Assembly (NCBI GenBank): GCA_963766345.1
Contig: CAVXZL010000001.1
Location: 1,911 to 65,910 of the forward strand
Direction: 5' to 3'
DNA: 64,000 bases
Origin: an uncultured Actinomycetes bacterium
Lineage (GTDB): Bacteria; Actinomycetota; Thermoleophilia; Gaiellales; Gaiellaceae
Positions 34,774 through 43,716 of the stretch are shown in pieces; positions within the stretch are counted from its first letter, which is position 1; each line of letters begins with the position of its first letter. The position numbers and the translations under genes are program-made. The notes under the pieces are model-generated. The model ran no database searches and was not told the DNA's origin. It saw only the letters and a list, made by a program, of their open reading frames with translations.

Positions 34774-35426
34774 GCGACCTCTGGAGCGGCCGCGCCGAGG
34801 CGTATCGCACGTCGACGACGCACATGCAGGGCGACGATCTCGAAGCAGTGGTCGCGATGTGCGAGCCCGGGGAGGGCGTCAAGGCGCTCGACGTCGCGAC
34901 GGGCGGCGGTCACGTCGCGCGGCGCCTCCGCGAGGAAGGCTGCGAGGTGGTCACCGTCGACAGCTCGCCCGGCATGCGGCCGGACGTGCTCTCGCGTGCG
35001 GAGGATCTGCCTTTCGCCGACGGCTCGTTCGACGTCGTCGTGTGCCGGATCGCCGCACATCACTTCGCCGATCTCGAGAAGGCCGTCGCCGAGATGGCGC
35101 GCGTCTCGAACCGGCTCGTCGTGATCGAGGACACGCTGTACATCTCCGACCAGCAGGAGGAGGCCGAGCGGCTGCGCGACCCCTCGCACGTCCGCTCGCG
35201 CTCCGAGGACGAGTGGAAGGAGCTGCTCACCGAGGCGGGGCTCGAGGTCGAGCAGGTGGAGTTCTTCGAGAAGGTGCACAAACTCGACGACTGGCTCGCG
35301 CGCACCTGCTGCGAGGGCGAAGAGGCCGCGCGTGTGACCGAGCTTCTCGCGCCCCGGTTGCTCGAGGACGGCACTGCCTGGCGCGACACGAAGATCCTGC
35401 TGAAGTCGCGGAAGTCACAAAGCTGA
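34770..35426 (+). CDS. Class I SAM-dependent methyltransferase inserted between sucC and sucD
   Basis: Motifs LDVATGGGHVA and FDVVVCRIAAHHF. There is an ATGA overlap with the sucC stop and a TGATG overlap with the sucD start. Confidence 0.8.
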   Translation: MSDLWSGRAEAYRTSTTHMQGDDLEAVVAMCEPGEGVKALDVATGGGHVARRLREEGCEVVTVDSSPGMRPDVLSRAEDLPFADGSFDVVVCRIAAHHFADLEKAVAEMARVSNRLVVIEDTLYISDQQEEAERLRDPSHVRSRSEDEWKELLTEAGLEVEQVEFFEKVHKLDDWLARTCCEGEEAARVTELLAPRLLEDGTAWRDTKILLKSRKSQS

Positions 35427-36304
35427 TGGCCATCGTCGTCGACAACGACACGCGCCTCGTCGTGCAGGGGCTGACCGGGAGCGAGGGCCGGTTCCACGGC
35501 CTGCGCAACCGCACCTACGGCACGAACCTCGTCGCGGGCGTCACTCCCGGCAAGGGCGGCCAGGACGTCGAAGGAGTTCCCGTCTTCAATACCGTCGCCG
35601 AGGCGGTCGCCGAGGCCGGCGCGAACACGACGCTCATCTTCGTCCCCGCGCGGTTCGCCGTCGACGCGATCTACGAGGCCGTCGACGCCGGAATCGGCAC
35701 GGTCGTCTGCATCACGGAGCACATCCCCGCGCACGACATGCTGCGTGTCTACACGTACGTTCGCGGGCTCGGCGTGACGCTCATCGGCCCGAACTGCCCG
35801 GGCGTGCTCTCGCCGGGCAAGGCGAACGTGGGGATCATCCCCGCGGAGATCTTCGCCGAGGGGAAGATCGGGCTCGTCTCGCGCTCCGGCACGCTCACGT
35901 ACCAGATCGGCCACGAGCTCGCGCAGCTCGGGCTCGGCAACTCGACGATCGTCGGGATCGGCGGCGATCCCGTCGTCGGCTCGTCGTTCATCGACGTCCT
36001 CGAGAAGTTCGAGGCCGATCCCGAGACCGAGTACGTCGTGCTCGTCGGCGAGATCGGCGGCAACGAGGAGGAGAAGGCCGCGTCCTTCATCGAGGAGCGG
36101 ATGACGAAGCCGGTGCTCGCCTACATCGCCGGCTTCTCGGCGCCGCCCGGCAAGACGATGGGACACGCCGGGGCGATCATCTCGGGGACGTCCGGAACCG
36201 CGCAGGCGAAGAAGGAAGCGCTCGAGGCGGTCGGCATCTCGGTCGGCACGACGCCGACGGAGGTCGCCCAGCTCGTGGCAGATCGCGTGGGAGCGCGGGC
36301 GTGA
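35426..36304 (+). CDS. sucD: Succinate--CoA ligase alpha subunit
   Basis: Motifs [28 protein letters not shown] and MGHAGAII (phosphohistidine loop). Confidence 0.95.
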   Translation: MAIVVDNDTRLVVQGLTGSEGRFHGLRNRTYGTNLVAGVTPGKGGQDVEGVPVFNTVAEAVAEAGANTTLIFVPARFAVDAIYEAVDAGIGTVVCITEHIPAHDMLRVYTYVRGLGVTLIGPNCPGVLSPGKANVGIIPAEIFAEGKIGLVSRSGTLTYQIGHELAQLGLGNSTIVGIGGDPVVGSSFIDVLEKFEADPETEYVVLVGEIGGNEEEKAASFIEERMTKPVLAYIAGFSAPPGKTMGHAGAIISGTSGTAQAKKEALEAVGISVGTTPTEVAQLVADRVGARA

Positions 36305-37380
36305 TCTCTTTCTCGCGCGGCGTGCCGGCGCCGGAGTGCCTGCCGGTCGAGGAGCTCGCGGAGTGCGCGCGCTCTGCGCTGCTCGCCGACGGCCGCACCA
36401 TTCTCTCCTACGGATCGCCGAGCGGCTACGAGCCGCTGCGCACGTGGATCGCCGAGCGGCACGGCGTCTCGGTCGACCGCGTGTTCGTGACGAACGGCGG
36501 CCTCCAGGGCTTCGTCTTCTTCGCGCACCGGCTCGCGTCGGGCGGTGAGCGCGTGCTCGTCGAGCAGCCGACGTACGACCGGCCGCTCAAGATCCTGCGC
36601 GAGGCCGGCGCGGAGATCGTGCCGCTGCCGATGGACGACGAAGGTCTCCAGCCGGAGGCGCTCGAGCAGGCGCTCGGCTCCGGTTCCAAACCCGCGTTCC
36701 TCTATACGATCCCGACCTTCCAGAACCCGAGCGGACGGACGCTGTCGCTCGAACGCCGTAAACGGATCGTCGAGCTCGCGGAGCAGCACGACCTGCTCGT
36801 GCTCGAGGACGATCCGTACGGCCTCGTCCGCTTCGAGGGAACCGCTCAGCCGTCGCTGCTCGACCTCGACGAGGGAGACCGCGTCGTCTACGCCTCGTCG
36901 TTCTCGAAGACCGTGGCGCCGGGCGTCCGCGTCGGCTACTTCATCCTGCCCGCCGCCCTGCGCGCGGAGCTCGAGGCGACGTCGACTTCTACCTACATCA
37001 CGCCCGGCCTCGTCGGCGAGGCAATCGTCTACGAGTTCATCCGCAGCGGCCGCTTCGAGTCGAACCTCGAGCGCGTGCGTGGGCTCCTCGGCGCCCGCCG
37101 CGATGCCATGCTCGAGTCGCTCGAGGCCGAGCTCGGCGGTACGGGGGCGACCTGGTCGCGACCCGAGGGCGGCTACTTCGTCTGGCTCGACGTTCCGGGG
37201 ACGGACACCGTCGAGCTGCTCGGCCGCTCGACGGACGTCGGCGTCTCGTTCGTCGCAGGCGCCGACTTCGGCGGCGCTCCGTCGACCGCGCGCCTCGCCT
37301 ACAGCTTCGTCTCGCCGGACGAGATCCGCGAGGGCGTGCCGAAGCTAGCCGCGCTGCTTCCGTCCGCGGCGGCGCACTAG
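36301..37380 (+). CDS. PLP-dependent aminotransferase (class I/II fold)
   Basis: GTGA overlap with sucD. Motifs YGSPSGYEPLR, NPSGRTLS and SSFSKTVAPGVRVGY (PLP lysine). Confidence 0.85.
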   Translation: MISFSRGVPAPECLPVEELAECARSALLADGRTILSYGSPSGYEPLRTWIAERHGVSVDRVFVTNGGLQGFVFFAHRLASGGERVLVEQPTYDRPLKILREAGAEIVPLPMDDEGLQPEALEQALGSGSKPAFLYTIPTFQNPSGRTLSLERRKRIVELAEQHDLLVLEDDPYGLVRFEGTAQPSLLDLDEGDRVVYASSFSKTVAPGVRVGYFILPAALRAELEATSTSTYITPGLVGEAIVYEFIRSGRFESNLERVRGLLGARRDAMLESLEAELGGTGATWSRPEGGYFVWLDVPGTDTVELLGRSTDVGVSFVAGADFGGAPSTARLAYSFVSPDEIREGVPKLAALLPSAAAH

Positions 37381-37614
37381 CTGCGACAGCAGCAGCCCGC
37401 CGACGAGCCCGATCGTGAGGGTGAGCAGGATCACCCAGATGACGGACGTGTGCGCCGAGAAGAGCACGAAGTGCACGGTCACGCGCTTGTTGTTCTCGGC
37501 GATGAACGCGACGATGAAGGCGCCGATCAGGACGAGCGCGACCACCGTGAGCCAGAGCTGCGGCTGGAAGGTCTCGCGCGTCTCCGCGTCGATCCCCTTG
37601 CGGCCCAGGTTCAT
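37345..37614 (-). CDS. LapA-domain (DUF1049-like) small membrane protein
   Basis: Two TM helices flanking NNKRVTVHFVLF, with a basic tail. Its 3' end converges on and overlaps the aminotransferase gene by 36 nt. Confidence 0.55.
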   Translation of the reverse strand: MNLGRKGIDAETRETFQPQLWLTVVALVLIGAFIVAFIAENNKRVTVHFVLFSAHTSVIWVILLTLTIGLVGGLLLSQLVRRRGRKQRG

Positions 37615-37624
37615 GGGCGCGAAT

Positions 37625-37813
37625 CTACGCGGCTGCGTGTTGCGCTGCGAGCGAGAGCGGGCGCCGCGGGATGAGCGGAGCCTGCAACGAGGGCGCGAGC
37701 GAGCCCTGCGCGTAGGCGCGGAAGGTCGGGCACGGCACGTCCGTCCGCAAAGCGCAGAGGCCTGCCCGCCGGAAGTAGCAATCTGCGCACGTCATTTGCG
37801 ACCGCTTGGCCAT
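37625..37813 (-). CDS. Small Cys-rich protein (62 aa, C-x2-C-x8-C-x8-C)
   Basis: The ATG has an excellent SD (CTGAAGGAGATC-ATG). The sequence is MAKRSQMTCADCYFRRAGLCALRTDVPCPTF... A promoter-like element lies 57 nt upstream. Confidence 0.55.
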   Translation of the reverse strand: MAKRSQMTCADCYFRRAGLCALRTDVPCPTFRAYAQGSLAPSLQAPLIPRRPLSLAAQHAAA

Positions 37814-37869
37814 GATCTCCTTCAGCTCGCCTGCTCGCACCCCCGTGGACCTGCCGTCCTCGGTGGTGG

Positions 37870-37897
37870 ATCTTAGGGCCGCGTCCGTTCGATTCAA
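37870..37897 (-). promoter_or_regulatory. Putative promoter TTGAAT-N16-TAAGAT for the small Cys-rich gene
   Basis: The hexamers were read on the minus strand in the AT-richer gap between 37814 and 37958. GGGAC precedes it, as in the carD upstream repeats. Confidence 0.4.
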
Positions 37898-37958
37898 GTC
37901 CCTACCGACACGAAAACGCAGCAATTTCCTGGAGATTCGACGGCGTAGAAATCCGCCT

Positions 37959-38972
37959 TTAAGCAGCAGATTTTGACAGCGTTGCCAGGCTCCGCAACGC
38001 CTGTCGAAAACTCTTCACAGGGACAATCCGCATCCCGTCGGCATAACGGCGAGCCTCGGCGGCGTTATCCCCAGCGGGCACGAGGAAGACGCGGATGCCG
38101 GAGTTGCGGACGCCGATCGTCTTCTGCGCGATGCCACCGACCGGTCCGACGCTTCCGTCGAGGTTGATCTCCCCGGTCGCGGCGATCCTGCGGCCGTGGT
38201 CGACGTCCTTGCCGAGTCGCTCGAGCAGGTCGAGGGCGAAGGCGAGGCCCGCCGAGGGCCCGCCGATGTCGCCGGCGTCGATCGTCACCTTGAGCGGCAG
38301 CTTGATCGAGGCCGCGGGCGCGACGAAGATGCCGATGATCGCGTGCTTCGGGTTGTGCGGGTCGGCGATCGTGTGCACGGTCAGGGGCGTGAGTTCCTTG
38401 CCGCGCCGGACCGTGAGCCGCACGGGCGAGCCCGGCTTGACCCGGCCGATCGCGCGGCGCAGGTCGGCCGGCGATTGCACGCGCTGACCCGCTGCGGAGA
38501 CGATGACATCCGTCGGCAGCAGCGTCCCCGCCGCGGGCGCGTCACTCGCGACCTGCTCCACGAGCGCGCCTGTCGGGTTCGCGCGCACCCGGTAGCCGGC
38601 TGCGCGCAGGGCCACTGCGGCGGCGATGTTCTGTGATCGCGTCATCTCCCGCGCTGCCGCCGCCACACGGTTCTTCTCGGTCCCTCCGGGCCCGAGCAGC
38701 GCCGCCTTCGGCACGATCTCCGCGCCTTCGTGAAGGCCCGGCCACAACCGCTCGATCAGCGACGCCTTGCGGACGAAGATGTCGACGAAGTAGATCCCGC
38801 CGCCTTTCGGCTTCTTGCCGCCCTGAACGTGCACGAGCGGGTCGACGGGATGCGCGCGGTCCGGCAGGAAGATGTACGAGTTCGACGGGACGAGCCAGAG
38901 CACGAACGCCGCGACCAGGAGCGTCAAGACGCCCCCGAGGGCGAGCCGGAGCGGCGTGAGGCGCCGGCGCAT
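37959..38972 (-). CDS. PDZ + Lon-protease-C-terminal-domain membrane-anchored protein (YlbL/SdrC-like)
   Basis: ATG at 38972. N-terminal TM helix, PDZ domain (GTLLPTDVIVSAAGQRV...GSPVRLTVRRG), and a Lon-like domain (IGGPSAGLAFALDLL, ATGEINLDGSVGPVGG). The remainder of track ORF 37959..39914 is an alternative frame of the SDR gene. Confidence 0.85.
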   Translation of the reverse strand: MRRRLTPLRLALGGVLTLLVAAFVLWLVPSNSYIFLPDRAHPVDPLVHVQGGKKPKGGGIYFVDIFVRKASLIERLWPGLHEGAEIVPKAALLGPGGTEKNRVAAAAREMTRSQNIAAAVALRAAGYRVRANPTGALVEQVASDAPAAGTLLPTDVIVSAAGQRVQSPADLRRAIGRVKPGSPVRLTVRRGKELTPLTVHTIADPHNPKHAIIGIFVAPAASIKLPLKVTIDAGDIGGPSAGLAFALDLLERLGKDVDHGRRIAATGEINLDGSVGPVGGIAQKTIGVRNSGIRVFLVPAGDNAAEARRYADGMRIVPVKSFRQALRSLATLSKSAA

Positions 38973-38974
38973 CG

Positions 38975-39721
38975 TCAGAGCAACCCGCGGTACATGCCCC
39001 CGTCGACCGGGATGTGCGTACCGCTGATGTACGAGGCGCGCGTCGAGCAGAGAAACGCGACGAGGTCGCCGAGCTCGCGCGGCTCGCCGAGGCGCCGGGC
39101 GGGGATTCTCGCGAGATCCTCGGCCGGCGGCCCGTCGGGCCCGTAGAGCTCGGTCAAACGCGGCGTCGCGAGGCGTCCCGGGCCGACGGAGTTGACGGTG
39201 ATGCCGTTTGGCCCGAGCTCGTTCGCGAGCGACTTCATGTACCCGACGACGCCGGGGCGTACGGAGTTGGTGAGAACCAGGTGGGGCGAGGGCTCGCGCA
39301 CCGCGAGCGAGCTGATCAGGACGATCCGGCCCTGGTCGCTCTTCAGCAGGTGCGCCAGCGACAGCTGGACGAGCCGCACGACCGGAAGCAGGAGCAGGTC
39401 GACCGCTTCCTGCACCTGCTGCGCGTCGATCTCCACGGCCTTCGCGCCGGGCGGGCCGCCGCTGTTCGGGACGAGGATGTCGATCCCGCCGCCGGCCTCG
39501 ACCGCCGTATCGACCGCGCGCGCGAGGTCGTCCGGCTCGCGGACGTCGCCGACGACCGCGATGCCCCCGATGCGCTCGGCCTCGCGCTCGAGCACGTCGC
39601 CGCGGCGGGCGAACATGACGACGCGGGCCCCTTCCTCGGCAAGCGCCTCGGCGCTCGCGAGGCCGAGCCCCGAGGAAGCTCCACAGACGATCGCCGTCCG
39701 GCCGCCGAGGCCGAGATCCAT
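38975..39721 (-). CDS. Short-chain dehydrogenase/reductase (FabG-like)
   Basis: Cofactor motif CGASSGLGLASAEAL, plus NSGGPP and a YMKSLANEL-type catalytic Y/K region. Confidence 0.85.
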   Translation of the reverse strand: MDLGLGGRTAIVCGASSGLGLASAEALAEEGARVVMFARRGDVLEREAERIGGIAVVGDVREPDDLARAVDTAVEAGGGIDILVPNSGGPPGAKAVEIDAQQVQEAVDLLLLPVVRLVQLSLAHLLKSDQGRIVLISSLAVREPSPHLVLTNSVRPGVVGYMKSLANELGPNGITVNSVGPGRLATPRLTELYGPDGPPAEDLARIPARRLGEPRELGDLVAFLCSTRASYISGTHIPVDGGMYRGLL

Positions 39722-39733
39722 TTAGTGCACTCC

Positions 39734-40663
39734 CTACGCGCTCAGGACGCCGACCACGTCGCGCACCGCGTCGGCGGATTCCTGCAGCCACGTGCGTTCC
39801 TGGTCGCTCAGGTCGAGCTCGACGATCTCCTCGACCCCGCCGGCGCCGAGCTTCACCGGCACGCCCATGTAGAGGTCGTCGATGCCGTACTCGCCCTCGA
39901 GCAGCGCCGTGCACGGCAGCACCCGCTTCTCGTCGAGCGCGATCGCGTCGACGATCTGCGCGGCGGCCGCGCCGGGCGCGTACCAGGCTGAGGTGCCGAG
40001 CAGGTTCACGATCTCGCCGCCGCCCTTGCGCGTCCGCTCGACCATCGCGTCGATCCTGTCCTGCGCGACGAGCTTCGTGAGGGGCACGCCGCCGACCGCC
40101 GTCGCGCTCACGACGGGAACCATCTGGTCACCGTGGCCGCCGAGCACCATCGCCGTCACGTCCTTGACGGAGGCGCCTGTCTCCCACGCGATGAAGGTGC
40201 GGAAGCGCGCCGTGTCGAGGATCCCCGCCATGCCGAAGACGCGCTGCTTCGGGAAATCGGCGACGCGGTGCGCGACGTGGCACATCGCGTCGAGCGGGTT
40301 CGAGACGACGACGATCACCGCATCCGGGCTCGCGCCGACGACCTCCTGCGTGACCGAGCCGACGATCTTCTCGTTCGTCGTCACCAGGTCGTCGCGGCTC
40401 ATTCCGGGCGACCGCGGTAGTCCGGCGGTGATGACGACGATCTCCGAGCCGGCCGTCTCCTCGTAGCCGTTCGAGCCGACCACCGACGGCTCGTAGCCGA
40501 GCACCGGCCCCATCTGGTTGATGTCGAGCGCCTTGCCCTGGGGCAGGTTCTCCTTGATGTCGACGAGGACGACGTTCGCGTAGTCGCGCGTCGCGAGCAC
40601 CTGCGCGCACGTGGCGCCGACGTTTCCCGCGCCGACGACGGTGATCTTGCGTCTTTCGGCCAT
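39734..40663 (-). CDS. mdh: Malate dehydrogenase (LDH-like family)
   Basis: Motifs KITVVGAGNVGATCA, ITAGLPRSPGMSRDDL and VLGGHGDQMVP. Confidence 0.93.
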   Translation of the reverse strand: MAERRKITVVGAGNVGATCAQVLATRDYANVVLVDIKENLPQGKALDINQMGPVLGYEPSVVGSNGYEETAGSEIVVITAGLPRSPGMSRDDLVTTNEKIVGSVTQEVVGASPDAVIVVVSNPLDAMCHVAHRVADFPKQRVFGMAGILDTARFRTFIAWETGASVKDVTAMVLGGHGDQMVPVVSATAVGGVPLTKLVAQDRIDAMVERTRKGGGEIVNLLGTSAWYAPGAAAAQIVDAIALDEKRVLPCTALLEGEYGIDDLYMGVPVKLGAGGVEEIVELDLSDQERTWLQESADAVRDVVGVLSA

Positions 40664-40698
40664 CGGAGGATCGTAGCGGCCGCTAACGTAAGGGCGGC

Positions 40699-41820
40699 TT
40701 GCCTCCGAAGAAGTCCGTTCAGCTCTCAGGAGTCGTCGTCGCGCAGACGTCCATTTGCTCGATCGACGCCGAGCGCGGCGTTCTCATGTACCGCGGTTAC
40801 GACATCGCCGATCTGGCGGAGCACGCGACGTACGAGGATGTCGCGTACCTGCTGCTCGAGGGCGAGCTTCCCTCCGGCGAGGCGTCGGCCGCTTTCCGCG
40901 AGGAGCTCTCGGCGCGCGAGTTGCCGCCGCCGGCCGCAGCGATCGTCGACGGCCGTGCACGGGAGTCGGCGCCGATGGAGATGCTGCGGACGGCCGTATC
41001 GTCCCTGTCGTTCACGGATCCGGCCGAAGCCGCGATCGACCGCGAGAACGAGCGCCGCAAGGCCGCGCAGCTGATCGCGCAGCTGCCCACGATCGTCGCG
41101 CGCTACCAGCGACTCCGCGAGGGGCTCGACGCGATCGCGCCCGATCCCTCGCTCTCGTATTCCGAGAACTTTCTCACGATGCTGCGCGGTGAGTCGCCGA
41201 CGGAGCAGGAGGTGCGGGCCTTCGACGTCGCCATGATCCTGCACGCCGAGCACGAGATGAACGCGTCGACGTTCACGGCGCGCGTCGTCGCCGGGACGCT
41301 GTCGGACATCCACTCGGCCGTCGTCGCGGCGATCTGCGCGCTCAAGGGCCCGATCCACGGCGGCGCGAACGAGAAGGCGATGGCGTTCTTCGAGGAGATC
41401 GGCACGCCCGAGGCCGCTGCCGAGGCCGTGCGCGACCGGTTCGCGCGCAAGGAGACCATCTACGGCTTCGGCCATCCGCTCTACACGACGATGGATCCGC
41501 GTGCGGTGATCCTGAAGCGCTGGTCCCGCGAGCTCTCCGCAGACGTCGACGGGCCGAACTGGTTTGCGATCACCGACGCGGTGGAGCGCGCCGTCATGGA
41601 GCAGAAGGGCCTGTGGCCCAACGTCGACCTCTACTCGGGCTCGGTCTACCGCTACCTCGGGATCCCGACCGACCTCTTCACGCCGCTGTTCGAATGCAGC
41701 CGAGTCGCCGGCCAGGCCGCTCACGTGCTCGAGCAGCACGCGGACAACAAGATCATCCGGCCGGGCGCGGAGTACGTCGGCCCGGAGCCGCGCGAATACC
41801 CCATCGCCTCGCCGCATTGA
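40699..41820 (+). CDS. gltA: Citrate synthase / 2-methylcitrate synthase family
   Basis: Motifs YRGYDIADLA, MILHAEHEMNASTF, LKGPIHGGANE, FGHPLYT and NVDLYSG. TTG start. Confidence 0.9.
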   Translation: MPPKKSVQLSGVVVAQTSICSIDAERGVLMYRGYDIADLAEHATYEDVAYLLLEGELPSGEASAAFREELSARELPPPAAAIVDGRARESAPMEMLRTAVSSLSFTDPAEAAIDRENERRKAAQLIAQLPTIVARYQRLREGLDAIAPDPSLSYSENFLTMLRGESPTEQEVRAFDVAMILHAEHEMNASTFTARVVAGTLSDIHSAVVAAICALKGPIHGGANEKAMAFFEEIGTPEAAAEAVRDRFARKETIYGFGHPLYTTMDPRAVILKRWSRELSADVDGPNWFAITDAVERAVMEQKGLWPNVDLYSGSVYRYLGIPTDLFTPLFECSRVAGQAAHVLEQHADNKIIRPGAEYVGPEPREYPIASPH

Positions 41821-42341
41821 ACCTCGCTGAAGCGGCGGCAGAAGCGCAGGCACTCGCCGACGCGGGCGACGAGCGCGAGCTCGCGAACCTTCGTCGCCAC
41901 TGGGAGGACGAGGTCGAGGGCGCCGCGCGCAACGGCGACTATCGCGTCCGCGCCGTCGCGTACCGCGCGATCGGACAGTTCCGCTACCGGCAGAAGCTGG
42001 AGCTGCTGGAGCGTGGGCTCGAGGACGAAAGTCCCGCCTGCCGAGGGTCGGCGCTCGTCTCGATCGAGCTGCTCTCGCGAGACAGCCCCGGCGTCATCAA
42101 CACGACGCGCCGGACGCTTCACGAGCTCGTGGGCGGCGACCCGAACGGTGCAGTGCGGAGGCTCGCGATCGTCTGCCTGAAGAACGGACCGGCGGCGCGG
42201 GAGACGATCGCCCTCCTGCGCGGGCTCGCCGAGAGCGACGACGAGGACACGCAGCTTCGCGAGACGGCCGAGAAGATCGCGGCGTCACTGACGAAGAAGG
42301 CGAACGTCGGCGCTAATGCGCGTCGCAGCGGCGGCCGCTGA
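41817..42341 (+). CDS. HEAT-repeat protein
   Basis: TTGA overlap with the citrate synthase stop. Repeated D-x-x-VR-x-x-A motifs (NGDYRVRAVAYRAIG, DESPACRGSALVSI, DPNGAVRRLAIVCL). Confidence 0.6.
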   Translation: MNLAEAAAEAQALADAGDERELANLRRHWEDEVEGAARNGDYRVRAVAYRAIGQFRYRQKLELLERGLEDESPACRGSALVSIELLSRDSPGVINTTRRTLHELVGGDPNGAVRRLAIVCLKNGPAARETIALLRGLAESDDEDTQLRETAEKIAASLTKKANVGANARRSGGR

Positions 42342-42474
42342 TCACGCGGCCGCACGAGGGGCAGATGCGACGCCGATGCTTCGGCTCGAGTGCGTTCTTA
42401 CCCAGTCCCGCCTTCACCATCAGGTAGCCCACGCCGGCTGCGGAGAGGACGAGGGAGAGGGAGTGCGTCATCAT
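42313..42474 (-). CDS. Possible 53-aa TM + zinc-ribbon-like small protein
   Basis: The sequence is MMTHSLSLVLSAAGVGYLMVKAGLG...ICPSCGRVISGRRCDAH (C-x2-C-x9-C-x2-H). It overlaps the non-conserved tail of the xerD-like ORF in another frame and the HEAT gene 3' end by 29 nt. Confidence 0.35.
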   Translation of the reverse strand: MMTHSLSLVLSAAGVGYLMVKAGLGKNALEPKHRRRICPSCGRVISGRRCDAH

Positions 42475-43363
42475 CGGCTTGGGTCCGGCGCCGCCGCGCG
42501 TGCGGGTGCGCTTGGAAGTACAACTCTCGCCGTCTCCGATCGGATACGTGTGTGTACAGCTCCGTCGTCGAGAGATCGGCATGTCCGAGCATCTCCTGAA
42601 CCGAGCGGAGGTCGGCGCCGCCCTCGAGGAGGTGCGTCGCAAACGAGTGTCGGAGCAGATGCGGGTGCACGCGCGTGGGGTCGAGGCCGGCCTTCTCCGC
42701 TCGGCGCTTGAGGATGAGGAACGCACCCGCGCGCGTGAGCGCGCCGCCCTGTGCGTTGAGGAAGAGCTCCGGGCGATGGCGACGGTCGAGATGCGGCCGG
42801 CCGCGTGAGAGGTAGCGCCGAAGCGCTTCGACGGCCCGGCGTCCGATCGGCACGATCCGCTCCTTGTCGCCCTTGCCGACGCACCGGACGAGGCGGTCGT
42901 CGAGCGAGATCGACGCTTTCTCGAGTGAGACGGCCTCCGACACGCGGAGGCCGGCGCCGTAGAGGAGCTCGACGAGGGCGCGGTCGCGGAGGTCGCGCGG
43001 CTGCGTGCCGGCCGCGGCCTCGATCAGGCGCTCGGCCTCGCCGGGCGAGAGCGTGCGCGGCAACTTCGGACGGCGTCGCGGCAGGTCGAGCTCCGCCGCT
43101 GGATTGTCGTCTCGCTCCCCGAGCAATTGCTGGTGCCGGTAGAAGCTGCGCAGCGCCGCCGTGCGTCGCGCGAGCGTCGACGGCGCAAGGCCACCGGCGC
43201 GAAGCTCGGCGAGGTACCGCTCGAGGTCGTCCGTCGTCGCTGTCGCCGGAGACGCCTCGAGAAACGCGGACACGTGCTCGAGGTCGCGCCGATACGCCTC
43301 GACGGTGCGCGCCGCGCGACGCGTCGCGAGGAGGGCGAGGAAGCCTTCGACGGGCGGATCCAC
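42398..43363 (-). CDS. xerD: Tyrosine recombinase, XerD-like
   Basis: Motifs ELLYGAGLRVSEAVSL, HLLRHSFATHLLEGGADLRSVQEMLGHADLSTTELYTHV and AHPHA, followed by a ~36-aa non-homologous extension. Confidence 0.85.
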   Translation of the reverse strand: MDPPVEGFLALLATRRAARTVEAYRRDLEHVSAFLEASPATATTDDLERYLAELRAGGLAPSTLARRTAALRSFYRHQQLLGERDDNPAAELDLPRRRPKLPRTLSPGEAERLIEAAAGTQPRDLRDRALVELLYGAGLRVSEAVSLEKASISLDDRLVRCVGKGDKERIVPIGRRAVEALRRYLSRGRPHLDRRHRPELFLNAQGGALTRAGAFLILKRRAEKAGLDPTRVHPHLLRHSFATHLLEGGADLRSVQEMLGHADLSTTELYTHVSDRRRRELYFQAHPHARRRRTQADDDALPLPRPLRSRRGLPDGEGGTG

Positions 43364-43473
43364 GTCTCGCTTCTTCGTTGTGCTGCCGGGCTCGTCCTGC
43401 GCAGGCGCTTGCCTTTAGGCTCTTCGCGGCCGTGAGGCTGCTCGCGATCGAACCCGGGACCGCTTGGTCGATC

Positions 43474-43713
43474 ATGACGCTTCTGTTCGTCTGCACCCTG
43501 GCAATTCCGTTCGCGATCGGGTTGCGCTGGGGCTGGCGCGCAGGCTTCTTTGCCGTCCTGGCCTGGGCGATCCTCGGGTTCGCGATCTTCTCCTCGAGCG
43601 GCGACCTCGGATTGGGCGATGCGCTCGGCGTCGCTCTCGTCGTGTTCGCCGCTCCGTGGATCATGGCGCTCGCAGGCGGCGTGACGGTCCGCCGCAAGAG
43701 ACTTTCGGGGTGA
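43474..43713 (+). CDS. Small 3-TM membrane protein (79 aa), hypothetical
   Basis: The ORF is strongly hydrophobic with GC3-rich codons and lies between the two recombinase genes on the opposite strand. Confidence 0.45.
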   Translation: MTLLFVCTLAIPFAIGLRWGWRAGFFAVLAWAILGFAIFSSSGDLGLGDALGVALVVFAAPWIMALAGGVTVRRKRLSG

Positions 43714-43716
43714 TCG

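Noticed and set aside
38973-39914. N-terminal extension of the 651-aa ORF 37959..39914
   Set aside because: It is Arg/Gly-rich and overlaps the SDR gene in another frame. The PDZ/Lon protein has a proper Met-TM N-terminus at 38972.
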